64,000 nucleotides of DNA from Tubiluchus corallicola. Taxonomy: Eukaryota; Animalia; Priapulida. The stretch spans positions 434,001-498,000 of the forward strand of contig JAQGDQ010000015.1 of assembly GCA_030141605.1 (NCBI GenBank). Direction: 5' to 3'. Each line of letters opens with the position of its first letter. Position 1 is the first letter of the stretch. Positions 1-14,874 of this stretch are shown one piece after another. Made by a program: the position numbers and the translations under genes. The notes below the pieces were generated by a model. That model was not told the DNA's origin, ran no database searches, and saw nothing but the letters and a program-made list of their open reading frames with translations.

Positions 1-378
1 GCTACAATGCATGCATTGTAACTCTGAATCCAGTTCACCTGTGTCTTCTGTAGTCTTCTGTGCTTCCCCTTCTGCATCAGGTAGATTGGTTCGTGCAATT
101 GTTGAAACTCGGATAGGATTTGACTGTTTGCGTCTCTTTCGACTAGAAATCTCACCATTTTCCTCAAAGGCCAATCGTTTAGTGCCACTTCCCTGAAACG
201 AATCATCTGGTCTACTCTCACTGTCTGTCATTGCGGGTGAATGTTCCAAGTTTTCATTTTGAGGGAAATCATTGCCATCTTCATTGGATGACACTTCTTC
301 ACTACTTTCAGCTATACTGCCTTCTGGAGGTTTCATGCCTGGGTAGATACTCACAGACTCCTCCATCATCATGGCCAT
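1..378 (-). CDS. First coding exon (runs off window edge) of a probable C2H2 zinc-finger transcription factor with an RRKQxxP motif
   Basis: Open minus frame from ATG 378: MAMMMEESVSIYPGMKPPEGSIAESSEEVSSNEDGNDFPQNENLEHSPAMTDSESRPDDSFQGSGTKRLAFEENGEISSRKRRKQSNPIRVSTIARTNLPDAEGEAQKTTEDTGELDSELQCMHCS. Exon starts at 462 after acceptor gattttttgtag. RRKQSNP matches the FOG/SALL/ZEB-type motif; LQCMHC fits the first half of a C2H2 finger. Not in the ORF track, probably because there is no stop inside the window. Confidence 0.8.
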   Translation of the reverse strand, partial: MAMMMEESVSIYPGMKPPEGSIAESSEEVSSNEDGNDFPQNENLEHSPAMTDSESRPDDSFQGSGTKRLAFEENGEISSRKRRKQSNPIRVSTIARTNLPDAEGEAQKTTEDTGELDSELQCMHCS

Positions 379-995
379 TCCTCGATCACGTATTGCAAAT
401 TAAATTCTCTTCTCATCAGCTAGATTCCAACTTTTTGAGTATCTTCACCTCTTGTCCTTTACCTACAAAAAATCAACAAACTATAAATACATTATAACAC
501 AATAAACTAAAACAGCAATTTATCCAGTTGCCAATTTAAGTTACATGGTTGTTTGGTGTTAAGACCAAGGACAGACTCAATTTGCAGTGCAACTTAACTG
601 TTTTCTCAACATCCACCCACCTATTGCTAATGATTATCAGCTAGAGAAAGCTAATAAATTCAAATAAGAAAGGAATAAATTTCTAGTCAAAGATAAGTAA
701 CAAATAAAATAAAAATTTACATCAGAAATACATAAAGCAATGTATACTGGAACACTGACATCAGTAACTGGTGTCCTTTAACAGCAAATAATTTAAACAC
801 AATGCAAAACAATATATTTAACAAGTTTAGAGTAGCAAATTTAGAACATGCAGTAAATGTACTGTTTTATATTTACTCTGTTTTTTAAAGGTTAAGTAGG
901 TTACTTAAATTACTGATACACTGCATTTTTTGGATTTCAATAACTAATAATTTCAATTTTTATATTCAACTGAACTTTAAAGGATTGTGTTTAAT

Positions 996-1052
996 ATTAT
1001 GTTGTTATAATATTGTGTTATATTATGTTATGCATTATGTTATGCAACTTAT
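996..1052. repeat. Degenerate (TTATG)n microsatellite
   Basis: attatgttgttataatattgtgttatattatgttatgcattatgttatgc. Confidence 0.6.
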
Positions 1053-3590
1053 GTCCAATATACAAGGTTTAATCTAATACTAGTGTTTAGCAACAAGTAC
1101 GTGTATTTAATGGCACTTGCAATAATGACAACAGTTTTAACGAAATTTAGTTATAATACCTTTGTTTAAAAATTGATAAAATGTTTCAAAGATTTGTACA
1201 GCATTCTACAGTAAAGAAAGTTCAAATTATAAAATTTTTTAAGAAAAACAAAACTAATTACCTGTTTAATTATCCTAAGTAAGAATTTCATTAAAAACAT
1301 ATTAGTGGATGGATCACTGTTGAATTCATACTTGTTTTAGAATTTTAATCTACGATTCAGTTGTTTCTTTTTGATTGGCAACAGCCCTTTTCATTCGCTG
1401 TGTTTGCTTAAAAATTGTTCAATAGGGTTAGAAAATCAAAATTATGTTTATTTAAATTGAAACACGATTTAAATGGATGACTTTTCAAATCATGGTACAT
1501 AATGCTTGGAAAATGCCAATTTACAATTAGAAAATTATTATTTAGAAATTCTATTTCGTGATTTTTATTTTGTGAAAGAGTATGTAGTTTTGCCAATACA
1601 GTTTAGTTTGAATTTTTGTAAAATTTAAAGTTTCAGCATACTTGCCATACTACTTCGCTAGTCTATCTGCAAAAATACCACACATGGTAAGGAGCCCTGG
1701 GTAAAGGCATCGAAGAGAAGGAGATACAAAACAAAACTAAATTTGACAATAAGAGCAAATTAAAAAATAACAAAAATCCGTGTTTTACTTTATTTGAAAA
1801 ACAAAAAATACTTTTTTAAATCACTTCGTCAAACTCGATTATTCAAATCAAGATTGGACAATCTCATCTTTGACAAAACAGAAAGGTAAAGATAAATGTT
1901 CTGCAGCAGAAATTAGTACTCTTTCATTAGGTAGTTGAAGAAGTTTAATTCTTAGCGTGAACTTTTTGCGGATTATAAGGAAAAACACTCTAGTACGGCA
2001 TTAGCTTTACGTGTCAACCCCATGGCAGCCTGTTGTAAAATGAGTTACTGGACGTACGAACAAAACGCACGGTGTAAACAGATTCGCCCTTGTGTCCAAC
2101 AAGAGGCATGCGAAAAACGCTACGTTAAAATTCTATAAATTGCATTTTGCACTGTATTGAAACTACGGAAAGCAGCATTGTAACATACTGCATCAACGAC
2201 ATAGCGGTGTGGCAAAGGGAGTCATGCATTAATAGCACTATGATATGTAATTTACTGTTTAATGAGTATGCAACTTTCTACCACAAACACCCTATATTAC
2301 CTTGACTGCAGTACGGAAAGTACGGAATCTACGACAAACGTACTTTTTTTATCATTTTTCTGTGGAATGGTACGAGACTATAACTTAGCACTGTTTAAGG
2401 TCCAAGCTCATTTTCTGGCAACGTTCTTGCAGCTAGTTATAAACAATCATTTTTAGAGTCACGGTAATAATATTTAAGTGTAATATTTACAAATTATTTT
2501 ATTTTAACGAAATTATCGCTTCACGTATATGAGCAATACTTAAACAGAATGCTACTTATTTTTACCCTAACTTTGAAGTCAGTTTAATTATATATTTTGA
2601 ACTGCAATCGAGAGATTATTCTCTCTAATCATCAGTCTCTAAACTAAATAGAGACCTTTTATTTCGGTTATTTTTCAGGAATTAATAATTAAAATTATCA
2701 CCATTTTTTCTTTTTTGTTTTATTTCTCCCTGAAACTGCGATAAAATCTGTAGTTGAGCAACTAATGGCTTTTCCTACAAAGAGCACTTGTGCTGTAGTA
2801 TAATTTTTAGTTTGAAGCCAGGATATTTAACACAAATCGTATTGCACGTAAATTACATTAGTTGTCCGCTTCAGGTGGTTTTCGACTGATTTTGTTTAAC
2901 AGTGATTGCAAAAGCATTTGTAAGCATGGTTTCTTAACTTTACAACATAATACTTAAAAATATGATCCAGACTACTAATTTACTTTTCATGTTTATCTAA
3001 TTAAGCAAAAAGCACACCAATAAAACCTACAAATTAGAGGAACTATGACTAACAAGCTTGTGGCCTAACATACTTGAACAACAGCAACATGCAGGGACAC
3101 AGTTAATAAACCACAGGCATTTTGCGAGAACAATCATATAAATACGTAAGTGTCTAACGATTCGTAGAGTAAATGTTATTACAATTTAAATTAGCCAGAA
3201 TAAGTAAAGAAACTTCATGACACTTTCAATTTGTTAAATTAACAGCGAAAATTATGTAAATGAGTTGCTAAATCAGTTGTAAATGTGATACCATGAAATT
3301 AATAGGACAATAAAATGATTTCACCAAGACACTTTACAATTAACCCGCAGTTTAATTATGAAGAGAGTGATATTCATTAGGTAAATGAGTAAAAAAACTT
3401 CACTATATATATATATACTGCATATTGGTTTTCAAGATCAGTTAGATAAATGAATGTACTTAATAATTAATGTGTTAAATCATCACATGATTTTTTTTAC
3501 CGATTTTAACGCTTTCACTTTTTATTCCACCGAAACATAATAGCAACAGAGGTGGACAAAAGAATAATTTTAAAATGGTCAATTCTAGGC

Positions 3591-3809
3591 AGGCATACTA
3601 GCAGACACGGGGAACATCTGCCAAGCCGTGGCAATTTACATTATAAGCACATTTATTCAAGGTCGCCTAGAAAATATACAAACTTTGTATAAAATGTAGT
3701 TAATGTGCTATTTCTTGCCGGAAACAGATTTTAGGCGGAAAAATCGAGCCTTGGGCAAACAGCACGCGCGACAGACATGGCTAATATTGTGTCATTTGTG
3801 AGTATGCCT
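3591..3809. mobile_element. Small MITE-like element
   Basis: Ends AGGCATACT...GACAC and GTGTC...AGTATGCCT are imperfect inverted repeats ~220 bp apart; no coding capacity. Confidence 0.4.
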
Positions 3810-6800
3810 AGCGATTGAAATCCAGGTGTAGTGACTGAGGGTGTTGCTTGAAATCTACGCCAAAGATTCGAAATTTCGTTTATTTGCAAATTTCAGTCCC
3901 AGTTTCGCGCGTCAAGGAGCAGACAGACTGTTTGACTTTCTTTCAGTGTAATATTCACTAACAAAAATCCTGAAGTCATAAAACTTATTAAAATTTATTT
4001 TCCGCGGGAGCTTTAACACAGTTTTTTTAAATTATGGCTTTATTTAATTACGAAAATATAGCTTTCAGGAGACAAGGGGGTTGCAAAAATGGTTTCAATG
4101 CGGAAAAATACATGTTCTTGCCTGAATTAATCATAAGACAAACAAATCATATCCGTATTTTTTGTATTAACACTGAACAATATGTACTAGCAAGTCAAAA
4201 TCCGCGCGTAGTAACATTAATTCAATTTTTGAATACGCCCCTCAAATCATTAATGAAAAGAAAGCTAACCCCGGAGCTCAAAATTCTGGCGATTTTTCAC
4301 TTTTACGTTTAAAAAATAATTTATTTTAACACTTTGTAGAATATGATAAACTTATCAAATTTATACGTGCGCACATTATAAATGGTATGGCTTAAGTAAC
4401 ATAAAACAGGAGAAAAGAATTAACATATAAGTGAAAGTTTATGAAAATCTAAAATTTCTAGTTCTCAGCTTCTTATATGAAAAAAATATAAAAAATCGTT
4501 TTTAGCTATAATATAGGATGTGCAATGATGCGCATTCGATGTGCAACCAGAATTAGTAGAACAAAATCACTCAGCTATAAAAGCTGTACTCAAACTGAAA
4601 ACTTTATTTGCGGGGATTACGTTAACTACACACCCCATCTGCGTCGCACTTAAGCCTACGACATGGAGACATTAGCAGTTAAATTTGCAAGGAAAAAGTG
4701 AAAAATGCGAAAAATTCTCGACGTTCGACAAAAGGGGAGAAAACTCGGCACTGTTAATTCTCTCCAACTGTCAGTTTTAAACTCTGCAGCGCTTAATATA
4801 TAGCAGTGACAGGTGGCCAACTTAAACTTGAGGGTTTTTTGTGAAAAAAATCAACAGCGCAGGCATTTTTGAAAATGCTGTATACTTTGTCATTTTCGCT
4901 GAGAACGGCTTAAATTTGAAACAGCAGGCTATGGAAATGAAATGTCTTTTGTGCATAGTACAGCAGAATTTAATTCAGAACAGAGTTTAATGGAAATTGT
5001 TGAAAGCTTTAGTACAGTACAGTAATGGTCTCACAGATCGTACATAACAACTTCTAGTTTCGAAATTTGGTAATAATTTAGTAAAATGACATAAAAATAA
5101 GATAAAAAAATCAATGAAAACTGATAAAAAAAGAGACAAAGCAAAGTAGAGAAAAGAAAAGTGTATTCCAACCCATTCAGTGACCACCAAGTCTGTTTTT
5201 CTAGTAAAGCTCTCAAAAGCACAATCCTAGGTGTGCATTTCAGGACCTAATTGTGTCAATGAGGTGACTATTGTAAAAAGGGCTATGTATTATAACCGCA
5301 TACAAGTCAACATGCAGTATCAGCAATATGTGCAGAGATAAAACTAATACGAGCAAGTTACACTTTTCAGTGTTATGTAAAAATCATAATGTGACAATCA
5401 TAGAATTGGAATACATTCTATAACAATACACCTAATTGTACCAAACGATAAAATATCAACAAGTCATTAAGTAGAAAGTAGAAACTACTGAAAATTAAAA
5501 TTTTTAATAAATTTGGCAAAAAAGTCAAGAACCAAATATCGATGGTACGACTGCAAGAAATTTTGCCAAAGAAAATTTTTACGTACATAGACTGTGAAAA
5601 GCGCCACGGGCCAAACGTTTCGTAACACATTTAGCTTATATGTAGTCGCATGCCCTTGTATAAATTAATACCAGCATGCGAAGCACGTGTCCTTGATATG
5701 ATGTTTGGCCTTGTGCACCACACTATTAAGGGCTACTTATAAGCCAGCAAAGAAACCAATTTCGTTCGAAATCATGCAAACGCAGACTCTTTAAGCATCA
5801 AAATTCCAGAAAATAAATTTTAAAAAGCAATCGAAACGAAATTTAGCGTAAAATGTATGAAGTCGTAGCATACCTTGGCAGTAACTGCGAACAGAGCAAA
5901 GATTCTACAGGATATGCGTGCCACGAAATCATGATCAGTTCGGTGGTTAGTTGCACTAGTGAAATATAACTCCTGCAGCTCTCTCTATGGTTGTTTAGCG
6001 AATGCAAAAAAGCCAACAGGTCAACACTCACACACACAGTGAGTGAGGTTATGATGAGCGCGCAGGCAAGCGCGCACAGAAACTGGGGACAGTGCTCAGC
6101 AGCAGCTAGGGCAAAATCAATGCGAAAAAAAATCGATAAATTTTTATCCCCACAGTGAAAATCTTGCATGCGCTGGACACGCAGCGCTTATATTACCATT
6201 AACCCAGCGTGCAAAATACAATACTGCAGCAAAGATATGATTCACCATGGCCAAGAGAAGATGATGTAGTTAGTTCAAAAGCTACTGCTGACTTCGCTGT
6301 TTATGAAAATGACGACGAAGACGCACTGATGGTGGCCTGTTCAAAAGACGAGGGGTCTTGCCTGCAGGACTGTAAAGCTCACAAAATAGATCAAAAGAGA
6401 TTTTTAAAATTTCCGCAACATGTCGACCATAATTTTGGAAGTGTGACCCAATTAACAAATTAAAAAAATACTTAACATACTTGTACGCATTTCAGTATTA
6501 TCCTGTCGCCACATTCTACCAAAACTTGAAACTGTACAGCTAATGAACAAAAATCCAACGGCAAAAAGCTTAAAATTTGAATACAAAGTTCAAACTAAAG
6601 TCTTAAGCAAATAGAAAGCAGTTAAAACCCTGACCTGTACTTAAGCAGTAAACTCAAAATAGTTAAAAAACCTATTACAGTCAAATATTCAGGCGCTAAG
6701 CTACAAGAGAAATACAAGCCAAACTTAGTTAAAATCACTCAAAAATAGTTAAAATTTAAAAGTGCAGAAGAAAATATTTAAAGTGTAGGAGAAAAAAGAG

Positions 6801-9800
6801 TCGCAGCTTTTAAGGAGACGTTGATCAATATAAAATTCTCTATAATGAAACTACAACTACAAAAAATCCTAAAAGAAAAATTGTCTAATTAAAAAGCGGC
6901 AACACAAAATTTCTAAGGTTACAAATCAATCGTAGTACGTAAAATCTAAAATCAACTAAATGCGACAAAATGTTTACCATTATCTAGATAATTGTTGTTA
7001 ATAACAATTTAATTTTTGCAAAGTTTAAAAGCAAGAAAGAAGCGGAATTTTTTGGAAAACGTATTTTATGCGTAAAACAACTTAAACAATTAACTTGTTT
7101 TATTTTAAATCTACAATAAACATCAAAAAAATTAAATTTAGAAAATAATAATGATTTGTTAAAATACATTAGCATAGTATACGATAGACATGATACGCAG
7201 ACATGAAACTTAAAATAAAATGTAAGAGAATTAAATTAAGAAGTATTTATTTCTTTACTTCTAAATCTCTTTGCACAAGGTGTGAAAAAAATCAATATAA
7301 TGACTGAGGTTAGTGGTCACACACTTTCATCACAAACAAATCCTTTAGTTTCTGAAAATTAAAACTTCAAATTTAGATCAATTAAGACCAATTAACAATC
7401 TTAATTGACTCCTGTCGGAGGAACCGCAACTTAAATGTCCAAAGAACAAACGCCCACACAAAACACGTGTAAAACTTTACCTTTCGGTCCTTTACTGAAT
7501 TATGACGCTAATATAAAAACAAAATGCAAAACGGGCTTACGTACCAGTTGTCTATTTAACCCTTTCTCTCTGTAATTTTAAAAGGAAGTCGTAGTACGGA
7601 GAAACTTTTAGAAATTGAAATTCAGCAGCACAAGAAAGATTTCTGTGATCTTATCACTTTGGAAACAAAGTTGGTAAGGAGGCAGTCCACACAAACCAGC
7701 TTAAACCTCAACTATCCAGATTTTTCATAAAAGATGTTTACCAAATGGGCACCGGTGTATGAAGGCGCCTTTGTTTTCACGGCGATTCTGTTTTACACAT
7801 TAGCGCAGACGTAATCCCATTGGACACGGACAAGTTTGCATAAGAATAAGCCCAAGCAAGTTTCAGGTCCCTGATCAAATGATACATTAGAAAATATAAC
7901 TCCATATCCTGTAGCGACAAACAATGAGCAAAGTGGCAGGCGACGCTAAAATATTTGGGGGCAATTAACTGTAGATGAGAGGCTCAGTTGGTGTCAGGCA
8001 GTTTCTTATTTAAAGATTTAAATAATGTAAGAAATCCGGTTATGCAATAATTCAAATAACCACAGTGCTAATCTAGATTTGGTTGCGCTCAGTTTTAAGG
8101 AATTTTATTGTTTTCTTTTATGCTCGTTTATTATTGGCTTAAATTTTTAGGTTTACGTGTGCTTCAGAAATTTTATTAGAGTTATTTACGATACTAACCA
8201 TACATAAGTGTTTTAATCTCGTTTATAATATACCAAACTTAGTCGGCTGGCTAACGCAAATTTACATATAATACAGGTTATGCATTATAATTGCAAATAT
8301 CGATGGCTTGCCCATCAACAACTTGTATTGTGTTAGCTAAAATAGACGCTATCATTAGTAGTTAACCTTTACACAGTAATACTCAAGTATCTTGCTGAAA
8401 AAGTGTCATGCTTCACGAAAGTTCTTACTTAAGTTCTTTTAACTAATAAAAACCAACGCTAGGTTAACAAAAACTAATTATCTCATCATGTCAAAATCAC
8501 TGAAGATTTCAACTTTTCATTTTTACCTAGGCTTATATTAAAAACCCTATTTACAACCGTTAACTTGATGCTTAAAGATTGATGGAAACTATCTGAATTT
8601 CATTCAGATTATCTGTTAAGTACGCTATTAACTTTAATGTTCAATACTTCGGCGAATATCTTCTACGCTTTTAAGCAGCTTAGTAACAAAATTGATTATA
8701 CTAGGTCAGAGAATAAATCCGCTAAACAAAAAGAACCTCAATTTTGCGAATGACGTAAAGCGCTTAATTTCTTGGTTTCAAAAATCAAAATAATCTCAGC
8801 TGTAGTATATTACTTTTGTAGACTTACGCTCAACTCAAGATATAAAGGTAGTCTCCATTTTCGCGAATAAGACACTAAACGGTTGTTTGAGTTTCTCTCT
8901 TTTCAAGTAGACATTTAGCAGGACACAATAGCTCGGTGACAGAAAAATGTAAATAAAAAATTTCAAACTGTTGAAATTCTATAATGCTTTGGAAACAGAA
9001 GAAAAGACGGTTTAGTTTAGTCAGTTTTTACACTAAAAACAATTTTTTTTTAAATTTAAATTATTTTAATAATTCTCATTATTTATTTTATTTCTGAGCT
9101 ATGCGGATAAAATAAACAATTTATTTCTTTAATTCGCTTAAAAATGAAAAAATATTAAGAAAAGCTAAAACGCTGCAGCTTAATTTTAATTCCAAATAGG
9201 TAACGTTAAAAGTAGATTTAATTTTTATTAAATTAACTGTTCATTCCAAAATGGCAGTTTTTTTGTTTAAATTTTAAATTTTTACAGTTTGAAACTACAC
9301 TGTTATTAAACCGCTTATTACTATTATATTAAAAAGCCTTACAACGTATTATTTGAAAGAGTAAATTTATGTGAATACAATACATATAAACTAAGCATGC
9401 ACCTTATCTTGGAAAATACAACGCCTCCTAACTCGGTAGACTTTCGGAAGTAACTTCCTCCAATCCACCAGTAAATAGTTGAAATTCGGAAGTACAAGTT
9501 CATATTATATAGAACTCGGCTGTTTGATAAAAAAATAACTGGCGTCACTGTAGTAGATAAGAAACTGATACTGGTCAAGTTATACCCATGAACGCGTCTA
9601 CGGGGCTCAATTGTGTAACAAATTTTTTTATGAAGATTACGGTGTGCGAATATAGACATTTATCTTTAGTACACTATAAAGCTACAGACATGCTGATAAA
9701 CATAGTAAAACACTATATAGACAGATTAATTTGGCCTATACACCTATATTTTTTGAAGTAAACTTGGCATGTAATTTCTTGATTTCGTGAAAAAATATTT

Positions 9801-10847
9801 TTATTTAAATAAAGAGTATTTTACTATAGAAAGAACGTTCATACTGATTATTGTTTATGGTTCTTTCAATTCTTGTTAATCAAAGTTTGCTTAGTTTGAT
9901 GGACATGACTATTGCCATATCATATTTTTGAGAAAAATAAAATTTATAACTCGTGAATATTTATTTACGAAAGAAGCGTTTGTATACCATGTGACAAATT
10001 ACATAGGTATGCACGAGACACGTGACGTATTTGCACGAATCGTAATTCATGGAATACCTTTCATCTTTACGCAACAGTCAGTAAATGGCATTCTGTTCAG
10101 TAGAAATATTAAAACCTATACAACAATATTCCTAACTATTTTCCAAACATGACCACCTACAACTAAAAAAATCGCTCCATTTTGTGAGTTGTGCTGCGTT
10201 TCCCGAAGGGCTAGATTTTTTTCTACAAAATGGCTCCCCGGCCGTGTGGCACTCCCATTTATCGATTTCAATGTTGTTATAAAAATAAAATATTTAATGA
10301 ACTGGACGTGGTTGCTACTAGCAACTGAGCATTTCTCGGGAAACCGGCGAGTGCGCGAGCCAGCGCTCTAGGAGCATAGTTACGTAACGTTCACTCCTTC
10401 GCTTACTCGCACGTTTCTATAGTAAAACTGACCTAGCTTACAAGCAGCCGTCTTGACAAAAAACATCAACTTTGCTCGGATAATGTAAACATGTGCCAGA
10501 TACGCGAAACACATTGGTTTACACGCAAGAAATTTATTTTTAGTCGCTGCCAAAACATATGCATGCGTGGAGAAATTCTTGCACACTTTTAAAAATACTG
10601 GCTTCCCAAAAATGGGAAGGGTGCAGTAATATCGGTGCCTAGCTGTTAAGCTGCGTGAGAAGAAGACGTTCATTTGTTTGGTTTTAGAGCTTCATTTTCG
10701 TACACGATAGGTTACTGGCTCGTTCATTTAGGATTTTAGGCCTTATTTTGCTGTTTTGCTGCGTTCTGTTGAATTTTCCTCTTTTATTCCAGATGTTCTG
10801 CTTTGTTACTCTGAACCTATATGCACTATAATAATCTGCTTTATAAT

Positions 10848-10892
10848 ATTCTGTTCTGTTCTATTCTGTTCTGATCTGTTCTCTTCTCTTCC
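10848..10892. repeat. (TTCTG)n microsatellite
   Basis: ttctgttctgttctattctgttctgatctgttctcttctcttcc. Confidence 0.8.
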
Positions 10893-13358
10893 GTTGCCTT
10901 AAAACTTTAACTGGGTTTAATATAAGATCAACCAGAGATATCGTTTTTTTTGCTATGCAACAACTTTTTTCTTTTTTCTGCCTCATTAATTCGCCTAGTG
11001 CAATATGCATGGCCGCACGACTTATAGCCTATTTGATCATGCAAGTGCAAGACCTCTACCAGATTTAAGCCCTCGAGTCTCATGACTGAGTGCATGTACA
11101 CAAATAAATTTAATCGAGATTAACACAAGGCCTACGCACTTCAATTTTGCGTCCAAAGTTTAACATAAATTAAACCATTTATTATTTACGACAATGTTAG
11201 GCATTGCAGCGATATCAGATCGGTTTCAGTATGTGCAACGACGGTGAGTTTTTCAAATTCAATATTAACATGTACCTTAAAATGTTTACCTTCTCGTTTG
11301 AAGAGCTTAAGTGTACCAGGGTTAGTCCTACGATCTATTTTAACCCTATAAGGTAAAAAGTGGGGCCTCACGGGATCTAAGTAGTTTACAAATTATATAC
11401 AACAAACTTAGTATTATACGTGATAGCCGAATTTTATGATGTCCTTATAATCTTTTAATGTTTGTTGAAAAAAGTAAACTGGATTTTATTTTAACTCAAC
11501 TATGTTAAGATTACACTGCAGAGTAAAAAAATTTAAACCAGACGTTCGATCTAACAACCTTCTCTGTACATCCCAAAAGTTAGTAATAACGCCGTTTAAA
11601 TTTTAGTTTACATGTTGTTTAAACAAGGTTATCAAATCAAATCACACCAAATCAATTTATTTCACTAGAGCAAAATATATACGCCATCAAACAAGACAAA
11701 CAGACTAAACACTATAAGAAAAAATTAATTGATGAAACTACATTAACCAAATAAAACAATTGCTGCATGACACCTTGAAAGCATGACTCGTTTAAGGCGC
11801 CATGAATGAGTGAATAAGAAATAGTTAGTGGACATGACAGAATGAAAAAATAGTTAGATTAGGGATAGGAAGAAAGAAAGGAAAAAGGAAACGACCACAG
11901 TGTATGTTTTAGTTACGCAAAGCTATATTGAAAATACCATAATATTATAAATAATGGGAGGGGGGCAGTCATTGTGACTGTGATGAGACATGGAAGCATC
12001 AAAGACTATCATATTTATTTTTATTTTATTAGTCAGTTCTATGGATAAAAAACAATTGGAGTACTACTTTCATGAGCTCATAATTCACAATTTAACGCCT
12101 ACATCACAGGAAATTACAGTAGTCTATCAGTAGATAAGCGGCTTTGTTCTACAAACACTTCAGCCACTGACCAGTGGTCAACTGATCGACTTGCATGCAG
12201 CTACGTACTACCCAGCGCATGTCGAAGCAAGAAAAATGTGGTCTGCATTTGATTTTCACAGAGTTCTACTTGTGGTAAACAAAACACAGTTAGTAAAAAC
12301 CGCATGCGGCAAACATGCCAAGCGACTCAAAAACACGTTTAAGCAATTTTCTGAAGTTTCCCAGTGAGTGAGAAAGGCACACTGGCTAAACAAAGCACGC
12401 CGGAACTCCATCTGGTTGCCCATTGAAGTCCAGTCCATGCCCGTTGGCTCTAAATTATCCATCTCAACAGCGGTCAGTGAAATTTTACCAAAGCAAAACT
12501 CTGCTATCAAATTGCAGGGTTTTGGGAGTGGTTTTATGCAACACAAAGAGTTGTTTCTAGTACAGCACTGTATTCGATTGTTGTAGGCGTTGTTGACAGG
12601 ATAGTATACAGTACTATTACCACTAACTTAAGCAATAATAGCATAATTATAATTATAAAAGATTACAAATCAGAAATTATATTATTGGACAATTTATTAT
12701 CATCTTTAACCAGCGTTAAAAATGCTGAATGCTGTATGAGGGATTCAAAATTATACAATCAATTTTAAATGGGTTATTCTTTATTTTAATTCTGCACAAA
12801 ATATATAAAACTCTTGAACATATACAAAATATAAAAAATACGTATAATTCTGAACAAGTAATACACTCGTTCAAACGTTTCAATAATATGCTTAAGTTTT
12901 ATTCATAGTACTTCAAGTTCCTCATAGAACTGTAATGCCAGTTGTTAAATTAATTTAACTTAATATTCAAGTTATAAATTAATACATTCTAACCCCATGC
13001 AATGCATTTAGAACAATTTTATTGATTTTTTTAATATTCTCAATTTTACATTGTAAGGGCATTAGATTGCAAAATAAAGACCACATCAGATAAGTTGGGT
13101 TAATGAAGTTTTAACTGCTTCAGCATTCGTTCATTTGTTTTACACTAAAAATTTCAAAAGACATTATTATTTTTAATTTATAACTATAACTTAAATACAA
13201 AGTAGATTTTTATCAATAGCAGAAATATAAGAAATGAAAAATGATATAAATATATTTGAAAAATTCTTGCAAATAATTGCAAAACCAGTTTGTGATTCAG
13301 CAAAAGGTTAATACATAAATTACACAGTGTAAATAAAATCAAAATTTTTAGAGTTTAC

Positions 13359-13455
13359 CTGCTGTTAAATGATTATCTGGCCAAGTTTTTTTGTCTTTTA
13401 CAACCAGTAGCTATTTGGTCATGTTTGTGAACCTCTTACTGCATTCTAATTGTAT
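13359..13455 (-). other. Non-coding 5'UTR exon of the zinc-finger gene (97 nt)
   Basis: Minus-strand acceptor tttcactttttcag and donor CAG|gtaaac; stops in all three frames. Confidence 0.6.
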
Positions 13456-14874
13456 CTGAAAAAGTGAAATTATTTATCAACAACTATTTTCTGTATAAAT
13501 TCATAACTTTAAATGTTTGATATTACTATTTTTGTTTTGATGTCATGATTTTGATTTTTTTAAGTTTCTTTCTAAAAATCTGAACTCTGAAAATCGGAAT
13601 ATTGACAAATCTAAGGTTGACAGGAAAAATAATGTTAGGTTGATAGAGTTTAAATATAACGAGTTTCTTTAATAAATTGCAGACACTAATTTATTACAGT
13701 AATTTAGGTGCTAAGGAAACAGATGAATGGCTATTTGGTAAGAAATTAAGCAGCACTAGATCTGGTTAGAAAATAGATGGGCGATTGCTGGCCAAAACAC
13801 TTCTGGGTGGATTTATCTGTGGCACTGCCTCTGGACATGTATTTCGTTGAGGAATGCATATTCAATGAATGTATGCACACTTGAACGATGATGTTTTTTT
13901 TCACACATAAAACTAGAACACAGTTATAAAAGTAATATTATAAATGGGCAAATTTGGAGTGTACGACCAAGTGGTCATTTATACCCTCCCCTTAAATATT
14001 AGTTTGTGGTGCCTGTAGAAGAGTTATGTAACTATTATTACTATATTAATGTAACAAGAAAATACGTAACAAAAAAAATAAGAAAAGAACTGGCTGTATG
14101 CTGCCAGTTCAATGTCTGGTGTTAAGGAATCATGGTAATTGTTTCCACAACCTTTCAACATTACTTTCAGTGCATGGAAATGTGTAATGTAGAAATCAAA
14201 AGTGGCACAATATAAAATTATTATCCAAGATTATGAGCCAAAATAGAAGTTTAGTAGTTTAGCCAAAGTACAATTTTACAAATTTGTACGTGATTTCACT
14301 GAAATGAAGTAAACACGAATGAGCACAAGCAATTAAATTTATACTATTTCTGAAATAATAATAAAATTTAGTTGAAATTTTCCTAAATAACTATAAAACC
14401 GAAAATAATTAGTATTTTTTTTTTACTATTAAAGACATTTTATCATGTTCCATGCGTAGGTGTCATTTTTAATTGTAAACTAATTTTTAATTTAGTATCA
14501 GTTTAACTTACATAAAAGTTTTAAAACTGCTATTGCTCACTGAAACGTAGTATTGCTAACTAAACATAATAGTTCGAAAACCAGTTGCGCGTAATTCTTA
14601 TAATGAAAAGTTTCCTAGCTAGCCTTGCAATCGTATAGCTGCAGCACACATGAACACAACAATCAATCTCTGTTCCAGTTTTTTCGCGAGTCCGTCGACC
14701 GCAGCCCGCTAGCTCGTTCTATCTCTACCAAATACCAATTAACAGAAGAATTACTCAACTAACTTTATTTATTCGAAAAAAGTAAAATAAACCAGAAAAC
14801 TGTTGAAAGACTTACGCAGAGAAAAAAGTTACGCACAGACGTGCTGAAAATATAAAAACATAATTATTACTCAC

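Noticed and set aside
6209-6463. Acidic 84-aa ORF after TTAACCC, possibly a piggyBac remnant
   Set aside because: No matching right terminus or transposase motif found
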